Source of the DNA: Tolypothrix carrinoi HA7290-LM1
GTDB taxonomy: Bacteria; Cyanobacteriota; Cyanobacteriia; Cyanobacteriales; Nostocaceae
Direction of reading: 5' to 3'
DNA: 57,733 nucleotides
NCBI GenBank assembly: GCA_019358935.1
Contig: JAHHIK010000051.1
Location: 1 to 57,733, forward strand
The notes under the pieces were generated by a model. It saw nothing but the letters and a program-made list of their open reading frames with translations. It made no database searches and had not been told where the DNA came from. The stretch's first letter is position 1. Each line of letters begins with the position of its first letter. Shown here piece by piece: positions 18,567 through 28,215 of the stretch. The translations under genes and the position numbers were made by a program.

Positions 18567-20157
18567 CCTTTTTATTTTTGAATTTCATACTCCCCCAAGT
18601 TTTCGGTTCTGCTTCATCTGTTAGCGCAACATCTCCTAAAGTTAGCTGCTTTACCTTTTCCACATCACCAGAACCTGCCGCTGTTTTTAAATCGCGTTTG
18701 TAATGAGCATTTTTTATCGCTTCTTCTGGGGAGCGGGAACTGGTTTTAAAACATTGCTCTAAGGTGTCATATATTCCCACACGACGCGACATTTTACGAT
18801 ATTGACGTTCTGTATCCAACAGTTTCGCCATTAACTCTAAATGCATTCCATCACCTTCACAAATTTCTTCTAACACAGCCCATTCATCGCTACCGAGTAG
18901 ACTATAATCAGCACCGGGACGGGGGTCTAAGAAAGCTTCACCAGTCACTTCCATATAAATGCGGGGTAAACTATCATCAAATTCGTGTCTTTCTTCTAAC
19001 CAAATGCGACGAATTTCGCTCAGTTCTTCTGGGGTAATTAGGGTGATATCGCGCATATTTTCTGGTGCTTTACTCCTCAATTGTTGCTCAATAGTCAGGA
19101 GTCTTCTTAACCAATATTCTCGCGCTTCTTTAATATAGGGACCAGGAATAGGCTCAACAGAAATTTCCCCTTCTATATTCCGCTCATATAGTTGGACATC
19201 TCCAGTTCTGCGACGAAAATCTCGCCAATTACGGTCTTCTGTTTCTATGTCTAATTCTCTGCGTAAATCCAGAAGGGGTTGTAACCATTCTTTTTCTTCG
19301 TCATTTTGAATCATTGCTTTTAGTGAGCTATCTTCACTCACCAAAGTACAAACCCAACAACCAAAACGAGAGCTACCACAACTAGGAGTTGATGTATCGA
19401 CAACTAAAGGACATTCGTTATCCGCTGTCGCACCTCTGTACATAGTAAATAAATCTTTGTTGCTGTATCCCCAAGGATTTTCCCATTGCATTAAATAAAG
19501 CCAAACTTCATCATTTCGCCAATCTTCTATCGGACTGTAAACTAAAGAGTTTGGTAAATTCATGTTAGGACTAAGACGATCGCGTACTCTTTTCGCTTCC
19601 CATTCTCTCATTCTCTTAGCGCGTGATGCGCTTTCAGCTTTACGAATACCTAAAACAACGATCGCTTCACTGCTAACCCGAATCACATCTCGAATAAAGC
19701 GGTTAGATGGACTAATTTTTAAACGTTGCGTACACCAACGAAATTTCCTTCTTGGTGCTGGATATCCTTTACCGATTAATCCTACCCAAAATGTTTCTTT
19801 TAGTTCGGGGTGTAGCAGATGCGGTATCATAGGCATCTGTTGTTGTTTTGCCGCAACTTTAATTTGCTCTAAAGATTTGCGTACCCAAGCGGAAACATAA
19901 GGATTTTCTACAAGGGTGTCGGTTGTAATCACATGAATAGTCTTAGTCCGTTTGGACAGTGGGAGAGATGCGATCGCATTCCAGATTAACTGTAAAATTG
20001 CTGTCGAGTCTTTACCACCTGAATATCCAATTACCCAAGGAATGGCATCCAGAGTGTATAATTCTTGTATCTCGACAGTCAGCGCTTGGATATTATCCAC
20101 TAACTCTGCGACTGTACGCACTTGCTCTCGTTTCTTTTCTGGTTGTGCTGTAGCCAT
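18559..20157 (-). CDS. dndC: DNA phosphorothioation sulfurtransferase DndC
   Basis: PP-loop GYSGGKDS, DTLVENP, GYPAP…FRWCT.RLKI.P, and the Fe-S cysteines CPLVVDTSTPSCGSSRFGCWVC. Confidence 0.95.
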   Translation of the reverse strand: MATAQPEKKREQVRTVAELVDNIQALTVEIQELYTLDAIPWVIGYSGGKDSTAILQLIWNAIASLPLSKRTKTIHVITTDTLVENPYVSAWVRKSLEQIKVAAKQQQMPMIPHLLHPELKETFWVGLIGKGYPAPRRKFRWCTQRLKISPSNRFIRDVIRVSSEAIVVLGIRKAESASRAKRMREWEAKRVRDRLSPNMNLPNSLVYSPIEDWRNDEVWLYLMQWENPWGYSNKDLFTMYRGATADNECPLVVDTSTPSCGSSRFGCWVCTLVSEDSSLKAMIQNDEEKEWLQPLLDLRRELDIETEDRNWRDFRRRTGDVQLYERNIEGEISVEPIPGPYIKEAREYWLRRLLTIEQQLRSKAPENMRDITLITPEELSEIRRIWLEERHEFDDSLPRIYMEVTGEAFLDPRPGADYSLLGSDEWAVLEEICEGDGMHLELMAKLLDTERQYRKMSRRVGIYDTLEQCFKTSSRSPEEAIKNAHYKRDLKTAAGSGDVEKVKQLTLGDVALTDEAEPKTWGSMKFKNKKGE

Positions 20158-20321
20158 TTCTCCTTCCCTGTATAGACACGGGTATTAGTTACCCTCTTTA
20201 TATGTACTGCATTTATCAGCTTTAGTATTGTAGAACGTAAAGTTTTTAAAAACTTACTTATCCACCAGCGAATTTTATAGAAAACTAATTTGTATTAACT
20301 TTTAAGTTTTCACAAATCAAC

Positions 20322-21899
20322 ATGACTGATAGTGCAAGCAAGTATCTAGCAAGGGAAAACAAGGATAAACAGGTATTGGCTTTATTGCTAGAGAAATTCC
20401 TGGGGAAAAAGGATCAAATTCTCGTCCAAAAAACAGAGATGGGTGGAAGTATCGCTTATGTGGGTTCTGTCACTTTAGAATGGTTTGCCAATCGGGTTCG
20501 TTTTGCGTCTAGTTTACCGCTGCTTCAGCAAAAGTATAATTCAGAGACTGATAATGTCGAAATTGATGCGGATAGTATTGAAGAAATTCGTCAACGTCCC
20601 CTTGATTGGTCACGTCAACTACCTTTAGCGCAGTATTTAGCAGCAAGGACTAATCATAAATTTCCCCCTGTTTTGGTGGTGATTAACCAACCGTGGGTGG
20701 ATAATCCGAAAGCTGCTGAGTGGAATAAACAAGGAAGTGCGACAAAATCGACTATAGATTTTACCCCATTAGATAAAGATGGCAAAGTCGGTTTACTCAA
20801 CGTTTCGGAAGAGGATGTAACCATTTATGCACTAGATGGTCAACATAGACTGATGGGGGTGCAGGGTTTGATGGAGTTGATTAAAACTCGCAAACTCCAG
20901 CGTTACAAAAAAGATAAAACTGCTGACGATACTTTTATTACTTTATCTGATTTGATCGAGCAGTATCATGTAGACCCAGCTTATTTGCAAAATTTGCCCG
21001 CAGAAAAGATTGGGATTGAATTTATTTGTGCGATCGCTGCTGGGGAAACTCGTGAACAAGCAAGACGACGGGTGCGATCCATTTTTGTTCATGTTAACTT
21101 GATGGCTGCACCTTTAACAAAAGGTCAGTTAGCGCAGTTGAATGAAGATGATGGTTTTTCGATAGTTGCGAGAAAAATCGCTGTGACGCATCCACTTTTT
21201 GAACAGCAGCGCGATCGCAAACCCCGCGTTAATTGGGATAGTGCAACAGTGGCATCGAAATCAACAGTTTTAACCACCCTGCAAGCTCTGCAAGATATGT
21301 CTGTGCGATATTTGGGGCAAAACTTCCCTTTGTGGAAACCCTTGGATAAAGGCTTAATTCCCATGCGTCCAGAGAATGACGAACTTCAAGAGGGAATTAA
21401 GGAATTATATCAGCTATTTGATTATTTAGCGAGTCTTCCCAGTTATCAGCTTTTAGAAGAAGAGGATACACCAGCTTTGCGACGATTCAGCTTTGAGAAG
21501 GATGGGGGAGAAGGAAATATGCTTTTTCGTCCTGTGGGACAAGTAGCGATCGCGCAAGCTTTGGGAATTCTAGTTTTCCGCAAAAATTTATCACTCGAAG
21601 ACATTTTTAAGAAGCTTCGCAGGTTCGACCAAAAGGGAGGATTTAGTAATATCGAGTACCCGCAATCACTTTGGTATGGGGTTTTGTATGACCCAAATAA
21701 AAAGCGGGTGCAAGTTGCTGGACGGGATTTGGCAGCAAAGTTACTAATATATATTCTTGGTGGAATTACAGATCAGATGGAGCGTGCAGAACTTCGCAAA
21801 GCTTTAGCGAATGCGAGAACTGTGGAAAATAAAACAATCAGTTTTGATGGTAAGTTCGTTGAACCAAAAGAAGTAGGACTTCCACCAATTCTCAAGTAA
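20322..21899 (+). CDS. DGQHR-domain protein (DndB/ParB-like), dnd-associated
   Basis: RQRPLDWSR, FPPVLVV, YALDGQHRLMG, RSIFVHVN. Divergent from dndC. Confidence 0.85.
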   Translation: MTDSASKYLARENKDKQVLALLLEKFLGKKDQILVQKTEMGGSIAYVGSVTLEWFANRVRFASSLPLLQQKYNSETDNVEIDADSIEEIRQRPLDWSRQLPLAQYLAARTNHKFPPVLVVINQPWVDNPKAAEWNKQGSATKSTIDFTPLDKDGKVGLLNVSEEDVTIYALDGQHRLMGVQGLMELIKTRKLQRYKKDKTADDTFITLSDLIEQYHVDPAYLQNLPAEKIGIEFICAIAAGETREQARRRVRSIFVHVNLMAAPLTKGQLAQLNEDDGFSIVARKIAVTHPLFEQQRDRKPRVNWDSATVASKSTVLTTLQALQDMSVRYLGQNFPLWKPLDKGLIPMRPENDELQEGIKELYQLFDYLASLPSYQLLEEEDTPALRRFSFEKDGGEGNMLFRPVGQVAIAQALGILVFRKNLSLEDIFKKLRRFDQKGGFSNIEYPQSLWYGVLYDPNKKRVQVAGRDLAAKLLIYILGGITDQMERAELRKALANARTVENKTISFDGKFVEPKEVGLPPILK

Positions 21900-21999
21900 T
21901 ATTTGTGTAGCTTTTTTAAATGTTACTTTCACTGAGGCGAAATTTTACATATATTTATATTATATTGGCTAACATCTGCGAATATTTATAGGTATTTAT

Positions 22000-23188
22000 A
22001 TGGCTCAAAGCAACGAAAATATTAACAATAGCGTTTCTGGTGAAGTCAAAGCTAAGTTTAGCGCTTTTATTGAGCCATTTTTCTTTGAACATCCGAAGCG
22101 ATCGCTGTTATCCAGGATTGATTTTTCAGCACGGAAAGCGGACAATGCTGCAAATCAACGTACCAGCAAGTGACTTTTCCGGACTTCTTCAAGCTAAACC
22201 ATCCACAGGTAACGATCCTGATTCTGGTAAAAATCGTCCATAAATTAAAGGTCATGCGAATGAAATTAAAAAATATATTATTGAACGTGCTCGAAAAGAT
22301 AAACCCTGGATTGTTGGGACACTGACAGCAAATGTAGATCCAAAAGACATAAAAATTATCGAATTAGGTAGAGGTATTTGTTTAGTTGTTATTCGTCGGG
22401 GAGTTAAGTTAGATATCACTGATGGACAACATCGTAAAAGTGCGATTCACGAATTAATAGAAAGTGCTGAAAGTAATTTAATTAGTGATGACGATTTCCC
22501 GATTACATTAGTTTTAGAAGGTGATTTTCGTCAATGTCAGACAGATTTTAGAGACATGGCTCAAACAAGACAATTAGATAAATCTTTGTTAGTATCATTT
22601 GGTGAGTTCTCTGGTCGAGTTGGCATTACGAAAGAATTAATCCAAAGAGTGCCAATGTTTGAGGGTAAGACAGAAAAGATTAAATTGACTCCCGCTACCA
22701 AACAAAAGTTAATTTACACAACTAATTTCATAGCTAGATTCGTAAGTTGCGTTTTTACTAACGATCCAAGCCATCAACTTCGAGATTATGATGTTTACGA
22801 AGCATCTGATGCTTTGGTTATTTGTCTAAAACGGTTTTTCTCAGAATGTAGCAATACAGAATATGTTTTTGATACAAATGTTGAAGAATTAACAGTTGAT
22901 GAGGTAGCTGCATTCAAAGAAGATTGTATATTAGGTGTCAGCATTGGATTAGAAATTTTAGGCAGACTACTATACTTTATCTATAAAGAAAACAATAGTT
23001 TTGATGAAACAAAAGTTTCCCAACTAGCGCAAATAGATTGGTCAAGAGATAACCCGGTTTGGAGAGATAACGTAGTTAGAATAGACCCCAATCCTAAGAA
23101 TCCAGATAAGCCTTATAAACTTTCTACAACGACAAATGCTGTAACAGATGCAGTGAAAATGGTAAAAATCAAACTGGGATGGATATAA
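22000..23188 (+). pseudogene. dndB: DNA sulfur modification protein DndB, inactivated by a frameshift and a nonsense codon
   Basis: ATG at 22000 (MAQSNEN…FFEH) and a +1 frameshift at ~22093. The frame …RSDRCYPGLIFQHGKR…KNRP is interrupted by TAA at 22241-22243, then continues IKGHANEIK…DITDGQHRK (22421-22435)…QTDFRDMAQT in frame with ORF 22556-23188. Confidence 0.85.
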
Positions 23189-23194
23189 GCAAAA

Positions 23195-23668
23195 TCAAGA
23201 CAGGAATTTAGTTAAATCAAACTCCTCGTCTTGTTCTTCTTTATTTGTTCGTTCGTAACCTAGAAATAATAAAATGCGCTCTGAATAATCAACAGAGCCA
23301 TGTAATTCATTTTGGAGTATTTCTAATCCACCATTAGCATACTCTTCAAATATCTGATTGCGTTGCTTTTCATATTCTTCCTCATTAAGAGATAATATTT
23401 TGATATCTTTAGTTTCATTAATAGCCAATAACTTTATTAAAATATCATGTCCCATAGAAGCAAAATACTCTAACCTAATTGGTGACGGTTCTCTTTTAGA
23501 TATTTCCCCCAAAGGAACTCGCTTATTATGCTTCGCACCCAAAGCAGCAGCAAAAACGATCGCATCCGCAAAAGTCTGAAAAGGACCCATTGCACCATCA
23601 GCCGAAATTAAAGCCTTCACCAACTCAGCCTTATCCTTAGCAACCCTGATTCTGCCAGTTTCAGCCAT
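23195..23668 (-). CDS. DNA phosphorothioation-associated small protein (dnd-associated protein 4 type; PbeD-like position)
   Basis: RIRVAKDKAELV…FQTFADAIVFAAALG…IFEEYANGGLEIL. Last gene of the helicase-ATPase module. Confidence 0.8.
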   Translation of the reverse strand: MAETGRIRVAKDKAELVKALISADGAMGPFQTFADAIVFAAALGAKHNKRVPLGEISKREPSPIRLEYFASMGHDILIKLLAINETKDIKILSLNEEEYEKQRNQIFEEYANGGLEILQNELHGSVDYSERILLFLGYERTNKEEQDEEFDLTKFLS

Positions 23669-23848
23669 AATATTGATATATACTATGTGACAATTTTAAC
23701 CGAAAATCGAGTGCATTTCCCCTCTCTGCTAACTCTGCGTCTCTGCGGTTCGTTTTTCTGAGAAAATAAACGCGATACTCCTGCGGAGTCACTTCGTGAA
23801 CGCATAGAATTATCTCACGCAAAGGCGCAAAGACGCAAAGAAGAATTA

Positions 23849-25918
23849 TTAACCCCCACGCTTAACCTCAACAATCTCCGTATACTCAAACTCATTCGGA
23901 CTTTGCCTAACCAACGGATATCTTTCCCCATTCAACTCTATATAATCCTGTTCGCAATCAGGTTTAGAAGAATAATAACTCAACACATATTCCCTCCCTA
24001 TTCTCTTTGCCATTTCCTCCTCAACTTCACCTCTCCATTGCGTCTTAGTAACCAACACAATCAACTGATTTGCTAATTGCGGAATAGTCTTCGCAATTTG
24101 CCGTCTATAATTATTATCCAAACTACCAAAAGGCGAATCCATCACTATCGGAAACGTGTTACTATCTGGCATCATCAACATTTTTCTTTCACTCCATTCC
24201 CGCACTCTGTCGATAATGCTGCCGATAAAAGATAAACTGAGAATTTGATTTTCCCCTGTAGAAGCTGCAACTAGCGCTTCCATACCTGTTGTATTTTCCA
24301 CTAGCGTCAATTCATATTTATCGCTAATTTTGGGAATGTAAGGTGTAAAAGAAATTTCACTGAATATCTCTTGTACTCGCTTTTCAAGTTGCAAGCGAAA
24401 GTGATTTTCTTGACGAAACTTAACTTCAGTTAATCGCTCAATTGCATCTTGGGTAGCAGCAATCCGTCGTTGTGCGAGTGTTTGCTTATCTTCATTTAGC
24501 TTCTGTTTAGCAACTTGCTTATTCAAACCTTCTATTTCCGCTTTCAGATTAGCAATTTGCTGTTGATTTGCACCTTGCTCTAACGTCAACTCTCTGATTT
24601 TTTCTTCAATTTCATCTAATCGCTTTTGCAAACTGCGAATTTCTTCACTTGGATCTTTTCGCAAGCGTTCTTGAATCGTATCTAATTCACCTTCAATTTG
24701 AGATATAGTTTGCCTTAACTGATTAATTCTGGCTTGTTCTTTATCAACTTCTTCCCAAAACGCGACTGCTTGCTTGTCAATTTCATCTACTTGAGCGCTC
24801 ATGCGGAAAGCTGTTTCTTCTATCGCTGAAGAACCAGCTTTATCGAGCAACTTTTTCACATTCTCGTGTCGGTGGGTTCCGTCGTGTAATTCTGCACCAC
24901 AAATACAGCGTTTCGAGTTGAGTAAGTCGTTGACAAACTCCCGCGAAATTCCCGCAGTTAATTTACCACGCTGCTTTAAATCTTCGACTATAGTACGAAA
25001 TTCAATTGTAGTTGACGATAGCAACACCGTATAACCGCGTGTGGAAATAAGTTTTTTTAACGCTTCTCTGGTTTGTTTGAGATTTTCTTGGTTTGCTTTT
25101 TTCTGGTTTTCTAACTCTTGTCGTCTTTCTTGAATTTCTTTGGCAGCGCTGAGTTCTCGCAAACGGTTACTTGTCTCTTTTTTAAAGGTTTGTTGATATT
25201 CTAATTCTTGTTTTATTTCCGTTTGTCGCTTGGTGATGCGCTCAATTTCCCGCTCTAGCTTTTCTTGCTGTCTTAAAAGCTGTTTCGTTTCGGAATCACC
25301 GATGAGTTTTAATTCATTGTCTAAAGTTTTCTTTGCTTCCCCCAAATGCTTGATAGAACGATTGATGACTTCTACCCCCAAAAGCATCTTTGTTGCTTCC
25401 GCGATTTCCGCTTTTTTATCAGAACGCACTATTTGCTCAATCCGTTCGCCATCAAAGAAGAAATATTGATGTAAACTACTAGGTAAAATCTGATTTATAA
25501 TATCTTCTGGTTGTTGGAGTGGAAAGTACCAGCGTCCATCATCACCAGATACTTGCATTAGTAATTCTGTCTTACCAACATCAATGTCAGTTGCATTTTT
25601 ATAAACTCGACACTGACGTTTGACGTTGTAGCGTTTGCTGTCATGTTCCCAAGCTACTTCTACCCAACATTCTACAGCTTGCCCGATTTTAGCTTCTGCG
25701 ATCGCTCGCTTATTAACTAACTGCTCAACTGATGCAAATGCTGCACTAAATTTCTCATACAGCACCCATGTAAATCCATTCAGCAGACTGGTTTTTCCCG
25801 CACCATTATTACCGTGAATAATTGTCGTGTTATCAGCCTCGCCAACTGCTAAGATGATTTCTGGTGTTTTGCCATAAAAAGAGCGAAAGTTACACAGCTT
25901 GATTGAAGTCAGCTTCAT
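23849..25918 (-). CDS. SMC/Rad50-like AAA ATPase (PbeC-like; DndD paralog)
   Basis: LCNFRSFYG, Walker A HGNNGAGKTS, FFFDGERI, zinc-hook-like CICG in the coiled coil, signature STGENQ, Walker B MDSPFGSLD. Confidence 0.85.
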   Translation of the reverse strand: MKLTSIKLCNFRSFYGKTPEIILAVGEADNTTIIHGNNGAGKTSLLNGFTWVLYEKFSAAFASVEQLVNKRAIAEAKIGQAVECWVEVAWEHDSKRYNVKRQCRVYKNATDIDVGKTELLMQVSGDDGRWYFPLQQPEDIINQILPSSLHQYFFFDGERIEQIVRSDKKAEIAEATKMLLGVEVINRSIKHLGEAKKTLDNELKLIGDSETKQLLRQQEKLEREIERITKRQTEIKQELEYQQTFKKETSNRLRELSAAKEIQERRQELENQKKANQENLKQTREALKKLISTRGYTVLLSSTTIEFRTIVEDLKQRGKLTAGISREFVNDLLNSKRCICGAELHDGTHRHENVKKLLDKAGSSAIEETAFRMSAQVDEIDKQAVAFWEEVDKEQARINQLRQTISQIEGELDTIQERLRKDPSEEIRSLQKRLDEIEEKIRELTLEQGANQQQIANLKAEIEGLNKQVAKQKLNEDKQTLAQRRIAATQDAIERLTEVKFRQENHFRLQLEKRVQEIFSEISFTPYIPKISDKYELTLVENTTGMEALVAASTGENQILSLSFIGSIIDRVREWSERKMLMMPDSNTFPIVMDSPFGSLDNNYRRQIAKTIPQLANQLIVLVTKTQWRGEVEEEMAKRIGREYVLSYYSSKPDCEQDYIELNGERYPLVRQSPNEFEYTEIVEVKRGG

Positions 25919-26088
25919 TGCACAACTTCCTTCACTATTTTTAATATATCATCATTAATATGGCTGAGACTTTTCTTATCCAGTCTGCTTTTTTCTAGAT
26001 ACCATACCCGCTCAATTATTTGCCGCACTTCCTCAGGAGCATTGATAATTGGCTCCTGAACATCATCGATATTCGGCTCTTTTGTCAT
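25915..26088 (-). CDS. Small 57-aa protein (PbeB-like position), not in the ORF track
   Basis: MTKEPNIDDVQEPIINAPEEVRQIIERVWYLEKSRLDKKSLSHINDDILKIVKEVVQ*. Its TGA overlaps the ATPase ATG (ATGA), which indicates translational coupling. Confidence 0.75.
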   Translation of the reverse strand: MTKEPNIDDVQEPIINAPEEVRQIIERVWYLEKSRLDKKSLSHINDDILKIVKEVVQ

Positions 26089-26453
26089 CTCGGTTTTAAA
26101 ATAGATTTTTATTCTCTATTTTAACCGTCTGTACTCGTCTAGGCGCAGCCTTAAAGCTACTTTTATCGTTATCTTTACTTTCACCCAAAAAAACAAGAAA
26201 ATTTGCAATTTTTTGACAAAAATCGCTTTCTTTTTGGGCTGTCTCCTGGTATTATTAAAGATAACTAAATAACTTTCATCATAATCGGGTAGTCGCTGTT
26301 TTAAAAATTTTGCTACTACCCCATTATACTAAAATAAATCTCATACTTCTTATCATCTCACATTTACCCCTGTTTTTATCGATTTTTTTACTTATTTCAC
26401 AAAAATTTATCTCAAGTAGAAAAATCGTTGTTTTTGGTGTCTTGGTGCAATCA

Positions 26454-27929
26454 TTAGATATCCAACAAGTCGTATCTCTTTTGTAAAGCGAGTAATTTCA
26501 TCCTGGCTTCACCAGCGTTGTCAGCTAAATCAGCAAACTCAACAAAGCGGCGCAATTCTTTTCTTAAGAGATTGCGCTCAACTTCTAAAGTGTTTCTGTC
26601 AAGTTCTGGTGGAAGCACAATCATATCAAATATAGTAGCGCGTTCTTTACCTGGATGAGGGCGTAAAACTCTCCCTCTTCGCTGGATAAATTGGCGGGGA
26701 TTTCCCGAACTTGCCAAAATTACAGCAGTTTGAATTGCGGGAATATCAACTCCTTCATCTAAGCAGCGAATTGCTACCAAACCTTGCAATTCGCCGCTTT
26801 CAAATTGATGGCGCAAAGTTTCCCTTTCTTGTAAAGGCGTTTTTGCGGTGTAGGTGCTGACACGATACCCCAGTTCTCCTCCTAATATTTTGGCGACTGC
26901 TTTGAGTTGGTGTAGCGATGACCGCTGTTTCTCTTCTTGTGCGCCATCACTACAATAAAAAAGAGTGTGAGTAGTTTCGCGACGAGTCGCCATTAGTTCG
27001 CGCAAAGCGTTTAATTTATTTTCTGCCGCACCAATTAATCTTGCCCGTTGCATTAACAAAGGTTTTAAATCTTCGTTGTCTTCAAAGTCCCCTACATCTA
27101 AATTTTCTCGTTCTCGATATAATAAGGCTCGCCCAATTCTTTTAGTTAATTTTAAATAAGCAATGCTTTCTGTTTCAGTTAACTCTACCAAGATGGGATG
27201 ATACAAATAATGTACTAACGCACCTTGATAAATTGCATTCCTTAAAGTGAATTCTGGCTGAAGAACGGCACCAAAGTAATTAAATAAAGATTGGGTGCCA
27301 TCATCATCAAAATATCTTTCTGGGGTAGCAGAAAGAGCAAGTCGTAAACCGACGCGGCGTGGTAAACTTTCTTCCAACTTAGGTGCGCCTAAGTTATGTG
27401 CTTCGTCACCAATAATCAAAGTCTTTTCGGGAAAGTACTTGAGTTGAGATTGAAAGCCATCACCAATTAATGTGGAATTGGTAGTCACAACCGTGAGAAA
27501 CGATTGCGAACCAGAACGCACGTTATAAAGTTGGGTAGAAAGTTGACTTTGCCACGTTCGTAAATCTTCAAAAGCTAAAATGGGCTGCAAGTTGAATTTT
27601 TCACATTCTCGCGCCCATTGGGTGACAAGATGACGGTAAGGACACACCACCAGTAAAGCTTGCAAGTTAATTTGTTTGTATAACTCGCAAGCGATCGCCA
27701 ATGCTGTAATCGTCTTACCACTACCAGTAGCCATCTTCAGCGTACCTCTGCCGTTGTTGGCAAACCAAGACTCAACAGCTTGTCGTTGATATTGCCGTAA
27801 TTGCAGATATTGCGGCATTCTGGGGCATCCTGGTAGTTTACGAGTTTGATAATTGCCCTTACTTTCGCCTGCAAATGGTTTTTTCAGCTTGAAAGTGGGC
27901 AATTTCTCAACTCGTGGTGTCAGGTACAT
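26454..27929 (-). CDS. SF2 (type III Res-like) helicase, 'DNA phosphorothioation system restriction enzyme' type (PbeA-like helicase part)
   Basis: Q-motif LRQYQ, Walker A MATGSGKT, DEAH, LALSATPER, CLDEGVDIP, NPRQFIQRRGRVLR. No PLD (HKD) nuclease domain is visible. Confidence 0.85.
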   Translation of the reverse strand: MYLTPRVEKLPTFKLKKPFAGESKGNYQTRKLPGCPRMPQYLQLRQYQRQAVESWFANNGRGTLKMATGSGKTITALAIACELYKQINLQALLVVCPYRHLVTQWARECEKFNLQPILAFEDLRTWQSQLSTQLYNVRSGSQSFLTVVTTNSTLIGDGFQSQLKYFPEKTLIIGDEAHNLGAPKLEESLPRRVGLRLALSATPERYFDDDGTQSLFNYFGAVLQPEFTLRNAIYQGALVHYLYHPILVELTETESIAYLKLTKRIGRALLYRERENLDVGDFEDNEDLKPLLMQRARLIGAAENKLNALRELMATRRETTHTLFYCSDGAQEEKQRSSLHQLKAVAKILGGELGYRVSTYTAKTPLQERETLRHQFESGELQGLVAIRCLDEGVDIPAIQTAVILASSGNPRQFIQRRGRVLRPHPGKERATIFDMIVLPPELDRNTLEVERNLLRKELRRFVEFADLADNAGEARMKLLALQKRYDLLDI

Positions 27930-27977
27930 AAAAACAGCAATGACTAAAGTGGTGATGAAACGAGAATTGGTAATTGG

Positions 27978-28122
27978 TGAGCCAGTGCGTTGGGGAGGCA
28001 GTGCGTTGGTAAGGCAGCGCGGTCTTGGGGGTTCCCCCCATGAGCGACTGCCGCAAGGGTTTCCCGGCAGACGCGCACCTGCCGTCGGGTCTCCCGACTT
28101 GAAGCAACTGGCTCTCCCGTTG
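27978..28122 (+). repeat. Nested palindromic small dispersed repeats within an STRR
   Basis: GAGCCAGTGCGTTGGGGAGGCAGTGCGTTGGTAAGGCAGCGCGGTCTTGGGGGTTCCCCCCATGAGCGACTGCCG…ACCTGCCGT…CAACTGGC: three element heads followed by three tails. Confidence 0.75.
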
Positions 28123-28215
28123 GGTAATGGGGAACGTGAAAACGGGTTTTTTTTATTACCTATTACCTATTACCTATTACCTATTACCTATTATCTATTA
28201 CCCACTACCCATATA

